Shown in pieces: positions 38,212-49,639 of a DNA stretch of 64,000 bases. The notes under the pieces are model-generated. The model was given only the letters and a program-made list of their open reading frames with translations. It was not told the origin of the DNA and searched no databases. Origin of the DNA: Mobula hypostoma (lineage: Eukaryota). The DNA is taken from contig NC_086097.1 of NCBI RefSeq assembly GCF_963921235.1, positions 166,100,001 to 166,164,000 of the forward strand, given 5' to 3'. The position numbers were made by a program, and so were the translations under genes. Numbering within the stretch: position 1 is the first letter of the stretch; each line of letters starts with the position of its first letter.

Positions 38212-40162
38212 ATAGAAATATAGAAAGCCTACAGCACAATAAAGGTTCTTCGGCTCACAAAGTTGTGCCGAACGTGTCCCTACATTAGAAATTACTAGGC
38301 TTACCTATAGCCCTCTATTTTTCTAAGCTCTATGTACCTATCCAAAAGTCTCTTAAAAGACCCTATTGTATCCGCCTCCACCACCGTTGCTGGCAGCCCA
38401 TTCCACGCACTCACCACTCTCTGAGTAAAAAACTTACCCCTGACATCTCCTCTGTACTTACTCCCCAGCACCTTAAACCTGTGTCCACTTGTGGCAACCA
38501 TTTCAGCCCTGGGAAAAAGCCTCTGACTATCCACACCATCAATGTCTCTCATCATCTTATACACCTCTATCAGGTCACCTTTCATCCTCCGTCGCTCCAA
38601 GGAGAAAAGGCCGAGTTCACTCAAACTGTTTTCATAAGGCATGCTCCCCAATCCAGGCAACATCCTTGTAAATCTCCTCTGCACCCTTTCTATGGTTTCC
38701 ACATCCTTCCTGTAGTGAGGCGACCAGAACTGAGCACAGTACTCCAAGTGGGGTCTGACCAGGGTCCTATATAGTTGCAACATTACCTCTCAGCTCCGTA
38801 ATTCAAAGCCATGATTGATCATGGCCAATGGATCGTATGCCTTCTTAACCACACAGTCAACCTGTGCAGCAGCTTTGAGTGTCCTATGGACATCGACACT
38901 AAGATCCCTCTGATCCTCCACACTGCCAAGAGTCTTAACATTAATACAATATTCTGCCATCATATTTGACCTACCAAAATGAACCACTTCACACTTATCT
39001 GGGAATTCCATCTGCCATTTCTTAGCCCAGTTTTGCATCCTATCAATGTTCCACTGTAACATCTGATAGACTCCACACCATCCACAACACCTCCAACCTT
39101 TGTGTCATCAGCAAACTTACTAACCCATCCCTCCACTTCCTCATCCGGGTCATTTATAAAAGTCACGAAGAGCAAAGGTCCCAGAACAGATCCCTGAGGC
39201 ACACCACTGGTCACTGACCTCCATGCAGAATATGACCCATCTACAACCACTCTTTGCCTTCTGTGGGCAAGCTAGTTCTGGATCTGCAAAGCAATGCCTC
39301 ATGGATCCCATGCTTTCTTACTTTCTCAATAAGCCTTGCACGGGGTACCTTATTAAATGCCTTGCTAAAATCCATATACACTACATCTACTGCTCTTCCT
39401 TCATCAATGTGTTTAGTCACATCCTCAAAAAATTCAATCAGGCTTGTAAGGCACGACCTGCCCTTGACAAAGCCATGCTGACTATTCCTAATCATATTAT
39501 GCCTCTCCAAATGTTCATAAATCCTGCCTCACAGGATCTTCTCCATCAACTTACCAACCACTGAAGTAAGACTCACTGGTCTATAATTTCCTGGGCTATC
39601 TCTACTCCCTTTCTTGAATAAAGGAACAACATCCGCAGCCCTCCAATCTTCCAGAACTTCTCCCGTCCTTATAGATGATTCAAAGATCATTGCCAGAGGC
39701 TCAGCAATCTCCTCCCTCGCCTCCCACAGTAGCCTGGGGTACATCTTATCCGGTCCCGGCGACTTATCCAACTTGATGCTTTCCAAAAGCTCCAGCACAT
39801 CATCTTTCTTAATATCTACATGCTCAAGCTTTTCAATCTGCTACAAGTCAGCACTACAATCACCAAGATCCTGTTCCACAGTGAATACTGAAGTAAAGTA
39901 TTCATTAAGTACCTCTGCTATTTCCTTCGGTTCTATACACACTGTCCCACTGTCACACTTGATAGGTCCTATTCTTTCACGTCTTATCCTCTTGCTCTTC
40001 ACATACATGTAGAATGCCTTGGGGTTTTCCTTAATCCTGCCCGCCAAGGCCTTCTCATGGCCCTTTTTGGCTCTCCTAATTTCATTCTTAAGCTCCTTCC
40101 TGTTAGACTTATGAACTTCTAGATCTCTAACATTACCTAGCTCTTTGAACTTTTTATAAGCT
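38212..40162 (-). mobile_element. CR1 LINE, 5'-truncated (same family as 30536-34460)
   Basis: RT ORF fragments 38301-40194 ([49 protein letters not shown]) and tail ATAGAAATATAGAAA on +. Confidence 0.95.
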
Positions 40163-42029
40163 TTAGTGACATAACACCCTTTCAAAGCTTCCATTTAAAC
40201 AAGCAAACATATTTTCCAAAGTTGCTGAAGAGAATTAGCAAAGCTCTACCAAATATGACTCACTGAATTATGTTAGATTTCCTGCATACAGTAATTCATG
40301 AACAATGCCTTCAGTCATAAGCAGTACAGTTCAAAACCTTTACAGTGTTGCTCAAGGCCTTTTTAGCCTAAAGAGATACCTTTTAATGAGTTTTTAATAA
40401 TCTGGCAAAGAAATGCAACAAACTCTCAGTGTCTATCAGATAATATGAAAGGAAAAGATTGTGTACTGCAATCCAGATATTATTTCTATTTAGAGGCATT
40501 GTCTTCACATGCTTTAATAAAGTGAGATGTGGACAATCTCTTCTACCTGAAGATTGCCTCTGACTGCCTGGCAATGAAACTTTGCTCCTCTTGATAGCTC
40601 ATGGACCCCTTCCCCACACTCCCATGTTAAGCTGTGTGATTCAAATTGCAAGCCATAGAACCATCCATGGTGATAATACAAGGATTCAGGAAACTTCCCA
40701 GAATTCAGCTTGCTTGGAGAATGATTGGATTCCCTGAAGTGGACCAAGTATTAGTGATTGCCACAGAATAGACACTGATCCATTGCCAGCTGATCTACTG
40801 CTCATCCAAAAACTGTACCAACCTGCAGAGATTCTCTTAAAGACCTTATGTAAGTTGACAGCAATCAAACGAATCCTTTGTCCAAGATCCTATTAATTGT
40901 TCTTCAGGCTTTAGCTTATCATACCAAGCTGTGATGCATCCGGATGCATCTATAAAATTTGGCAAGGGTCAACAGGGAAATTAAATCAGTCCTTAATCTT
41001 ATACATTCAAAAAGAAACAGATGTTCATCTTCAATCTGTTTATTGTTTTAATCATTTTGGTCTCAGTTTCACTCTTGCAAATCTATATTGTATTCACTAT
41101 GAATCAAGATAGTCTTCCTGAGGTTTAGCATAAACAAGTTACAGTGGACAATAACTGAACTTTTCACCATAGAAGTAATGAGGGAAGAAAAGAAAGATTA
41201 AATGGCCAAAGGGATGAATGATTGAGCAAAGCAGTGGTGACAAGGAGACAAGTAGGGAAACAAAAGATAGGTCAAGAAGAGGTTTAGAAGAAAAAAATCG
41301 AAATCACAATGTGAAATTATCCAGAAGTCTGTAATGTGTCCCATTGGAAGACTTTATTAGAACCATGTAGAAGGCTAAAGATCAGAGACCCTGGCATGTG
41401 AGGTTTTTTCTTTTTCTTTCAATTAAAGATCAATAACCTGAAATATTAACTCTGTTTCTCTGTTTACAGATGGTAACTGACCTGCTGAGTATTTTAAGCT
41501 TTTTCACTTTATCTTCCAGGTTCTCATAAATTTGCAATAAGGAACTTTTGAAACCATATTCTAGTGTCGTGAAAGCAGATGAAAGGTATGTAATATGATA
41601 TTCAAAGCACAAAATGTTAGAGGAACTCAGCAGGTCAGGCAGAATATATGGAGGGAAATGGACAATCAATCCCAGGTATCGCCACAAAAATACTTTTGAT
41701 AAAATCAAAAGCATGTAGATTGATCATCTAGTATTTCCTGCTATCATACTTACCTTTTTGCAGGAGCCTGTGCTCCTTTAATAAATTACCCATTGATATT
41801 TTCATCCAATTTAATATTTCATCTGATGAGAAAACATTGTTCTGTCGAGGTAGTCAATCATTAATTTTTTTCTTCAATCTTGCCCAAGATTCCAGTATCT
41901 GCAATCTCTTGTATCTCCATTAATCATTTGTGTTCAGTTCCTTGTTAACCTAGTGTGCATTTTAAGTATTTTGCATGTTTGTGACTTATCCAGGTTTATA
42001 GATTCATCCTTCTACCTCTAGAATAATAA

Positions 42030-42398
42030 AGGTGGCGGGGTGGAGATACATCTCTGGATCTCTAGCAGAGGAGGTGTAAGATGCTCCCTCCCTCTGGGCA
42101 CCTGCAATTTTTTCTTGAGAGAAGTGTAGCATTTTCTTAGCCCCCTGATCAGAGTCACGTGAAGCCCTAGCAGCAGGTGGTGAATGGTCATATGAGCAGC
42201 CGATGCATATCGCAACCGCTGATGCCAGGCAGACAATCTCTGAAGAGTATTGATAATGGCTGGGGTCACCCCTCTTGTGAAAACACTGCCCAGAAGAAAG
42301 CAATGGCAAACCACTACCGTAGAAAAATTTGCCAGGAACTATCATGGTCATGGAAAGGCCATGATCACATATGTCACATAAGATGGTACAAAATGAAC
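42030..42398 (+). mobile_element. Probable RTE-mobilised SINE-like element with a Bov-B/Sauria-SINE-like 3' motif
   Basis: AGAAGAAAGCAATGGCAAACCACT...TTGCCAGGAACTATCATGG (42292-42347) resembles the GGCAATGGCAA(A/C)CCACT..CTTGCC..GAAAA..CCATGG motif of RTE-dependent SINEs as recalled. Confidence 0.55.
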
Positions 42399-43337
42399 AA
42401 ACTTCTTAAACATAAATTCAATTTGAATGCAGTGGGGCTTCCCTTTCTCCTACTTGCCTCAGTGGTTCCAAAATTGGTCTAAAGGGATGATGGTTAGCTT
42501 GAGACAATAAAATCACATCCTTCTAATTTTTATGAGGAATATATTCTTTCTGTGAAATGAAACAAATATGGCCTTGTTTGCATTGAAAGCCAAACTAAAC
42601 AGAGATTAAAAGGGATATGAAACCAGGAAGTCAGAAATAGGAAAAATGGAGTCAGGAAAGAAAAAGAGTGCATCTGAGACACATAAGATTGCAGATGTTT
42701 GAACCTGGGGCATATATCAGAAGGCCAGGGAGATCTCTGGAGGTAGATGAATGATCATCTGAAATACTAATTGTATTGTTACGAGAAGCTTAATTCCTTT
42801 ATCATGGCTGAGGGTATTTCTAATGAAACAGTTAACTTTTTTTCTACAAGGTAGAAATATCTTCAGTGTACAGAGTCATTGGCTTCGGAATATATTGGAG
42901 TTAGTTATTTGTAAATGATTCTTTTTAATGCCTAAGGGATTGAAAGTGTGCCTGGTGGAGCTTTGTGCCTATAGAAGAGGTTTTGGTTTGACAGGCTACT
43001 TGCTAATAAGTGTATTAATGGATCCTTCCCACAGAGATCATTTCTCTCTTCTGACATGGCTGTACCGTCACTGCCAGCAACCTGTAGGTACTTCACTTAG
43101 ATTGAATTAATTTGTTATGGTCACATGTTGCGAGATAGTGCAAGAGGTTGAACTAGAGGTTAGAATTCCTTGATACTTTGGTTTTGGCTTATCAAAAGCC
43201 AAAAGGGGTTGAGAGGGAAATGGATCAGCCATGATCAGCTGGCAGGGCACATTTGATAGGCCGAATGGCTGAATTCTGTTCACATAAAAGTTGCTGGTGA
43301 ATGCAGCAGGCCAGGCAGCATCTCTAGGAAGAGGTAC

Positions 43338-43373
43338 AGTCGACGTTTTGGGCCAAGGCCCTTCGTCAGGACT
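43338..43373 (-). ncRNA. Hammerhead ribozyme motif with a G-to-A change in GAAA (probably inactive)
   Basis: Minus strand AGTC-CTGACGA-AGGGCCTTGGCCC-AAAAC-GTC-GACT. Confidence 0.55.
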
Positions 43374-43545
43374 AACTGAAAGAAGAGCTAGTAAGAGATT
43401 TGAAAGTGGGAGGGGGAGGGGGAGATCCAAAATGATAGGAGAAGACAGGAGGGGGAGGGATGGAGCCAAGAGCTGGACAGTTGATTGGCAAAAGGGCGAG
43501 AGCAGATGTGCGTGAAATGGGAGAGATGCATTTGAGAGCAGAGAG

Positions 43546-44430
43546 TATAAGCCTACTGACTCTCACAGCTATCTGGACTATTCCTCTTCTCACCCTGTCT
43601 CTTGAAAAAATGCCATCCCCTTATCGCAATTCCTCTGTCTCCACCGCATCTGCTCTCAGGATGAGGCTTTTCATTCCAGGACGAAGGAGATGTTCTCCTT
43701 TTTTAAAGAAAGGGGCTTCCCTTCCTCCACAATCAACTCTGCTCTCAAACGCATCTCTCCCATTTCACACATATCTGCTCTCCCCCATCCTTTCGCCACC
43801 CCACTAGGAACAGGGTTCCCCTTGTCCTCACCTACCACCCCGCCAGCCTCCGGGTCCAATGTATAATTCTCCGTAACTTCCGCCACCTCCAACGGGATCC
43901 CACCAGTAAGCACATCTTTCCAACCCCCCCTGCCTTCTGCAAGGATCGCTCCCTACGCAACTCCCTTCTCCATTCGTTCCCCGCCCCCATCCCTCCCCAC
44001 CGATCTCCCTCCCGGTACTTATCCTTGTAAGCGGAACAAATGCTACACATGCCCTTACACTTCCTCACTCACCACCATTCAGGGCCCTAGACAGTCCTTC
44101 CAGGTGAGGCGACACTTCACCTGTGAGTCGGCTGGGGTGATATACTGCGTCCGGTGTTCCTGATGCAGCCTTCTATATATTGGCGAGACCCAACGCAGAC
44201 TGGGAGACTGTTTCGCTGAACACCTACGCTCTGTCCGCCAGAGAAAGCAGGATCTCCCAGTGGCCACACATTTTAATTCCACGTCCCATTCCCATTCTGA
44301 CATGTCTATCCATGGCCTCCTCTACTGTAAAGTTGAAGCCACACTCAGGTTGGAGGAACAACACCTTATATTCCGTTTGGGTAGCCTCCAACCTGATGGC
44401 ATGAACATTGACTTCACTAACTTCCGTTAA
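43546..44430 (+). pseudogene. Penelope RT C-terminus plus GIY-YIG endonuclease
   Basis: YKPTDSHSYLDYSSSHP..., ICSQDEAF...ERGFP, VPLVLTYHP, CKRNKCYTC, VIYCVRCS*CSLLYIGETQRRL...EEQHLIFRLGSLQPDGMN. Internal stops and frameshifts. Confidence 0.9.
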
Positions 44431-44648
44431 TGCCCCACCTCCCCCTTATACCCCATCCGTTATTTCCCATCCTCTGGAGTTACCCCCTCCCCCTTTCTTT
44501 CTCTCTAGGCCTCCTGTCCCATGATCCTCTCATGTCCCTTTTGCCAATCACCTGTCCAGCTCTTGGCTCCATCCCTCCCCCTCCTGTCTTCTCGGATCTC
44601 CCCCTCCCCCTCCCACTTTCAAATCTCTTACTAGCTCTTCCTTCAGTT

Positions 44649-44684
44649 AGTCCTGACGAAGGGTCTTGGCCCGAAACGTCGACT
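44649..44684 (+). ncRNA. Minimal type I hammerhead ribozyme, intact core
   Basis: AGTC (stem I)-CTGACGA-A-GGGT/CTTG/GCCC (stem II)-GAAAC-GTC (cleavage triplet, 44678-44680)-GACT (stem I'). Palindromic ACGT in place of stem III. Confidence 0.8.
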
Positions 44685-45574
44685 GTACCTCTTCCTAGAG
44701 ATACTGCCTGGCCTGCTGCGTTCACAAGCAACTTTGATGTGTGTTGCTTGAAATTCCAGCATCTGCAGATTTCCTCGTGGCTGAATTCTGCTCCTGTGTC
44801 TTATGGTGTTGTGGGAAAAATAACCCAGCAGACCATAGAGCATTCTGTAAAGTGTTGCATATTTCCAACATCTCCAGTTTTATTATTTCTTTGTTGCAAC
44901 AACATTTAGAGGTTGAAATTAATGAGGAGTGTGTTATTATTTCACTGCATCACTAAATCGCAACCTATGTGCCATCGGAGATTTCTTTTTGTTGGAAGGT
45001 TATCTTACTTTTCTGAGGCTCACCTCATTTCAAATGTGAATTAGCTTGTGAAAATGAGTAATTGTTTTGTTTGGGCAGCAGGAAGTCAAAATCAAAGTCA
45101 ACGTTGAATTTATTGTCATTTGCACGTGTATATACAGGTGCAATGAAAAACTTACTTTCAGCAGCATCACAGACACATTGCATCATATAAGTAGTATTTG
45201 CAAGGAAAACATAAATTAAATGTAAATTATGCATAATTTTACAAAAAAGGAACACAGTCAAAACAAAAAACTACTAAGTTTATTTACGTGAAAAGTGATC
45301 AAAATGGTCCTAGCGTTGTTAACCTGTGGTGTTTATGGGTTCTCCGTTTGATTGAAGGGATAATAACTGTTGAAGACTAGAGAGGCATAGCTCTTCTGCA
45401 TTTTCTAGTTCCCCCCAGTGGAAGCAGCATTGTAAGCAAATAACATACCAATGTTAAAAAATTAGTTAACCAAAAACAAACCAAAAATAGCAATACAGGT
45501 CAATAGAGCGGTGAAATAGGAACACTGCATGCTTATTGGGGCACAGACTATAAAAGTTGACATATTATGTTGCA

Positions 45575-46125
45575 AATTCACAAACGTTACGCCACATCTG
45601 GAGTATTTTGTGTATTTCTGGTCACCACACTAAGAGGAAGGATGTGATTGTGCTGGAGAGTGCAATAAATGAGTTTAAGCAGCATGTTCCCTGGATTGGA
45701 AGTCTTTGGTTCTGGGAAGAAATTGGATAGGCTGGGCTTGTCTTCCCTGGAGTGAAGGAAGCTGAGGGGTGACCTGACCAAAGTACATAAGATTATGAGA
45801 CGTATAGATAGGGTAGATATTCAATGTCTTCCATAATTAGGGCATCAAAAATAAGAAGGCATTGTTTAAAGGTGAGAGGAAGGATTTTTAGAGGTGATCT
45901 GAGAGGTAAGTTTTTTTTTACAGTGGTTGATTTCTGGAAGTTACTACCAGAGCAGGTGATGGAGTCAGATAACAACTAGTATGTCTAAGAGGCAGTTAAA
46001 CAGACACGTAAGTAAGCAAAGCTGAAAAGGGATATGGCCCTAATGCAGGCAAATGTAATTAGTGTAAATGGGTAAAAGTCCAGCATGGACATGGTTGGGT
46101 GAAGGTCCCATTTATATGACTATGA
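45575..46125 (+). mobile_element. CR1 LINE 3' fragment, decayed
   Basis: CCACATCTGGAGTATT (PHLEY), TTGGATAGGCTGGGCTTGTCTTCCCTGGAG (LDRLGL.SLE) and TTTAAAGGTGAGAGGA. Confidence 0.75.
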
Positions 46126-46611
46126 AACATGCCTAGTTTATGCTGGATGCCAAGAAGCCGAAGACATGAGGCTCCACTAAATTATAAAGACCACCTGGTT
46201 TGCTCACCAGTTCCTTGCAACATAAACTATATTTGATGTAATGTATGGATTCTCAAATACTATTTAAAAATCTTGGTTTTAAATACAAAACAAAAGCCTC
46301 TTCAGCCAGTTTCCCACCAATTATCTGAGTAAACAATACAGTTTTTCTTTGAGGAAACTGACAGAATCTCTCCCTGTGGAGCCAACCACAAATCCCGGAG
46401 GCATTGGAGAGCTTTGAAGAACAGGCTGTGAACCCATTAAGCTAATCCAGCAGCTGAACATGAATCTTCATCCTTTTAGTGCTGTGTATTAAAACAAAAA
46501 ATGAATTCAGTTTTAAAGAAGACATTAGCAGGAAGGTTGAACTGAGATGCCTTTGAATATAAACATTGTCTATGGGAGCACTATTGGAACATTCCATCTA
46601 TCATGAAACAA

Positions 46612-46852
46612 GGGGCCCCATGGTAATGTAGTGATTTGCATGATGCTATTACAGTTTGGGGTGTTGGAGTTCAGAGTTCTGTACTTCTTCCTTGTAGGAT
46701 GTGTGGGTTTTCTCTGGGTGCTCTGGTTTCCTCCAAAGAAGTACCAGCAGGTTAATTGGTCATTGCATATTTTCCCATGATTAAACAAGGGTTAGATTAA
46801 TGTTTGCTGGGTAGCAAGGCTCAGAGTGCCAAAAGGGCCTATTCCGCACCGT
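46612..46852 (+). mobile_element. V-SINE (HE1-like) copy whose A-rich tail is interrupted by a younger element
   Basis: GTGTGGGTTTTCTCTGGGTGCTCTGGTTTCCTCC (V-domain core) and AAGGGCCTATTCCGCACCGTAT end. An A-rich tail resumes at ~47547. Confidence 0.65.
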
Positions 46853-47546
46853 ATTAGATTAGATTACATCAGATTAGATTATGAGGACACGCAGTCCTCT
46901 TTTATTGTCATTAAGTAATGCATGCATTAAGAAATGATACAATTTGTTCCTCCAGAATGATATCACAGAAACACAAGACAAACCAAGCCTAAAAAAACTG
47001 ACAAAAACCACATAATTATAACATATAGTTACAACAGTTCAAGCAATACCGTAATTTGATAGAAGAACAGATCATGGGCATGGTAAAAAGTCTCAAAGTC
47101 TCTCAAAAGTCCCATCATCTCATGCAGACGGTTGAAGGGAGAAACTCTCCCTGCCTTGAGCTTCCAGCGCCACAAACTTGCCAATGCAGCACCCTGGAAG
47201 CACCTGACCACAGTCCGACTCCGAGTTCGTCTGAAAACTTCGAGCCTCCGACCAGCTCTCCGACACTGAGCACCGAGCACCATCTCTGCTGAGCGCTTCG
47301 ACCCCGGCCCCGGCAACAGGCAATAGGCAAAGCTGAGGATTTGGGGCCTTCCCCTCCGGAGATTCTCGATCGCAGAGTAGCAGTGGCAGCAAAGCAGGCA
47401 TTTCAGAAATTTCTCCAGATGTTCCTCTCTGCTTCTCACGGCTGTCTCCATCAAATCAGGATTGTGCACGGCATCCTAGTTCACAAATACGATATAATTC
47501 GGAGCGGCTGCGTGCGCTGCGTCGCGCTGCCATCTTCTCCTCCCCC
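46853..47546 (-). mobile_element. Apparently full-length (~690 bp) non-coding retroposon with a (TAATC)n tail
   Basis: 5' end GAGGAGAAGATGGCAGCGCGACGCAGC, CpG-rich body and (GATTA)n on + at the left end. Same family as 14971-15366. Confidence 0.8.
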
Positions 47547-48249
47547 AATAAACAAATAAATAAATAATTATGCTCTGATGTGACTGAATGAAGATGAAGT
47601 GCAAAACAATAAATCTTGTCATGCTGAGGTAGCGACTGGTACATTGATAACTGTGAGGGAAGACAAGGTTCAATGTGACAGATTCAGTTCTTATTTCTAA
47701 CACTGTTAGAGTTCACTAAAATCCATTGTAAACATGCTGATTTTTAGGCATTGCTAATAGAAATATCATAGAATATTAAGAGGGGCATGGATAGGGAGAA
47801 TGTACGCAGGTTGGGTGAGACTACAACTAGAGGTCTTTCACCCTAGGGGAAATATTTAATTGGTATCTGAAGGGGAAGTACTTCACTCAGAGGGTGAGAT
47901 GTGTCTAGATCAAGAAGATGTGTGTTTAATTGTTACATTTAAGAGAAGTTCACATAGCTGTTTGGATGAGAGATGTACGGAGGGGTACGGCACTGGTGCA
48001 AATAGATGAGACTAGTCAGAAAACCAGACTGTCATGGACTAGATGGGCCAAAGAGCCTGTTTCAGCTGTAGTACCCTATGACTCTATGACTCTAATATAG
48101 AAAATAGAACTGTACAGTACAGGAACAGGCCCTTTGACACACTAGTGTGGGGCCTGTACTGAGATACTACTAATTATTGATAGGAATGACTAACTAAATT
48201 AGTCTCTTCTTCCTACAGAAGGTCCTTGTCCCTCAAATTTTGCATATAG

Positions 48250-48606
48250 GTATATAAGATGATGAGAGGCGTTGATCGTGTGGATAGTCAGAGGCATTTT
48301 CCCAGGGCTGAAATGGCTAGCATGAGAGGGCACAGTTTTAAGGTGCTTGGAAGGAGGTACAGAGGTGATGTCAGGGGTAAGTTTTTTACACAGAGAGTGA
48401 TTAATGCATGGAATGGACTGCCGGTGACGGCAGTGGAGGTAGATACAATAGGGTCTTTTAAGAGACTCTTCGATAGGTATATGGAGCTTAGAAAAATAGA
48501 GGGCTATGGATAACCCTAGGTAATTTCTAAAGTAAGTACATGTTTGGCACAGCATTGTGGGCCGAAGGGCCTGTATTGTGATGTAGGTTTTCTATGTTTC
48601 TATGTG
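48250..48606 (+). mobile_element. CR1 3' fragment (same family as 30536 and 38212)
   Basis: MMRGVDRVDSQRHFPRAEM...GKFFTQRVINAWNGLP and tail TTCTATGTTTCTATG. Confidence 0.9.
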
Positions 48607-48834
48607 TCCATCTTAAAGTCTCTTAAATGCCTCTATTGCATTTACTTCCACTATCACCCCAGGCAGTATATTCCAGGTACTCACTGCCCCCTGCCCTGCA
48701 CATCACCTTTGAATCCCCTCCCCCCCCCACTATTTTAAATGCATGCCCTCTCGTAATAGACATTTCGATTCTGGGAAAAAAATAATGGCCATCTACTCTA
48801 TCTAGGCCTCTCATAATCTATAAATACCAAGAAT

Positions 48835-49235
48835 TTTCAGACTTTCTGAGCCCATCCTTTGGGTTTGAGGATGATTTATTTCTAGTCTGGTTTTGTAGAT
48901 TCTAAGGTGATGAATGAGGTAACGAGGAACCACAGACTCTTCCAGAGATGAGGGAAGGAAGAAGTCGATAAGACTGGTGGTTAGGCTGTTTGTGAGGTGG
49001 CATGTTCCTTCCACCATTTACACTGGCCTTCTGTTTATTGTCGACATGCACTCAAAGTCATGGATTAGATATTCTCAGGAATCCATGGGAAAAGTTTTAT
49101 TTTCAGGGATTTCTTGGGAACATGCTTGAGTGTTTTCCTCAGTCCATCTGTCTTCTGACAGAACATTAAAAAGTGTATCTATTTCAGGAGTCTGATGTCA
49201 GGTCAATGGATAATGATGTCTGCCTAGCAGAGCAA
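48835..49235 (-). mobile_element. Degenerate RTE LINE 3' fragment
   Basis: The reverse strand resembles the LRWAGH..RMPD.RLP...G.RK..K region and the zinc-finger end of RTE ORF2. Heavily decayed. Confidence 0.5.
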
Positions 49236-49639
49236 TTCAGTCTACAGGCTACACTCTGTCCACCTCAGAACAGTCAGCTGACTCTCCATTTCTATCTCCT
49301 TCTCTACTTTTGTCTCTGTTCAGTTTTGTATTTCAGCTTTTAAAACATGTTCAATGGACTCACTGGTCTTTGTGCTCAAGTTCATCTCCAAGTCCGCAAA
49401 TAGGTCCACCCTTGAGAATCCCTTTTGTCAAACCCAGTAGAAATGTTTGAACATCTCGGTTGGCAGTTTTTTTTGTCCTTTTGTTTGAAAAGAAAGGCAA
49501 ATGTTGATTTAAATACCCCGAGTGCCCAAGGAATTAAAGAAACAAACAACTGTTTTTTATCACAAATATTTTTGGATTGGTACACAAGTCAGCGGAGCAG
49601 ATTCACTCAGTCAACAGCTAAAAAATTAAACTGATTGGT

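Larger units (their letters stand above)
43282..44777 (+). mobile_element. Penelope-like retroelement, 5'-truncated, with inverted 5' pLTR, inserted in a CR1 tail
   Basis: Coding remnant 43546-44430. Direct pLTR 44430-44777. Inverted pLTR 43282-43496. TSD TGGCTGAATTCTG at 43266-43278 and 44778-44790. Confidence 0.93.

Noticed and set aside
40514..40868. Minus-strand ORFs with possible splice sites
   Set aside because: All frames from the candidate acceptor hit stops before the weak donor, and no domain is recognisable.
44430..44909. Recurrent ORFs such as ...VSPDEGSWPETSTVPLPRDAAWPAAFTSNF and MLVNAAGQAASLGRG...
   Set aside because: Translations of the non-coding Penelope pLTR. The apparent conservation reflects the repeat and its hammerhead, not a protein.
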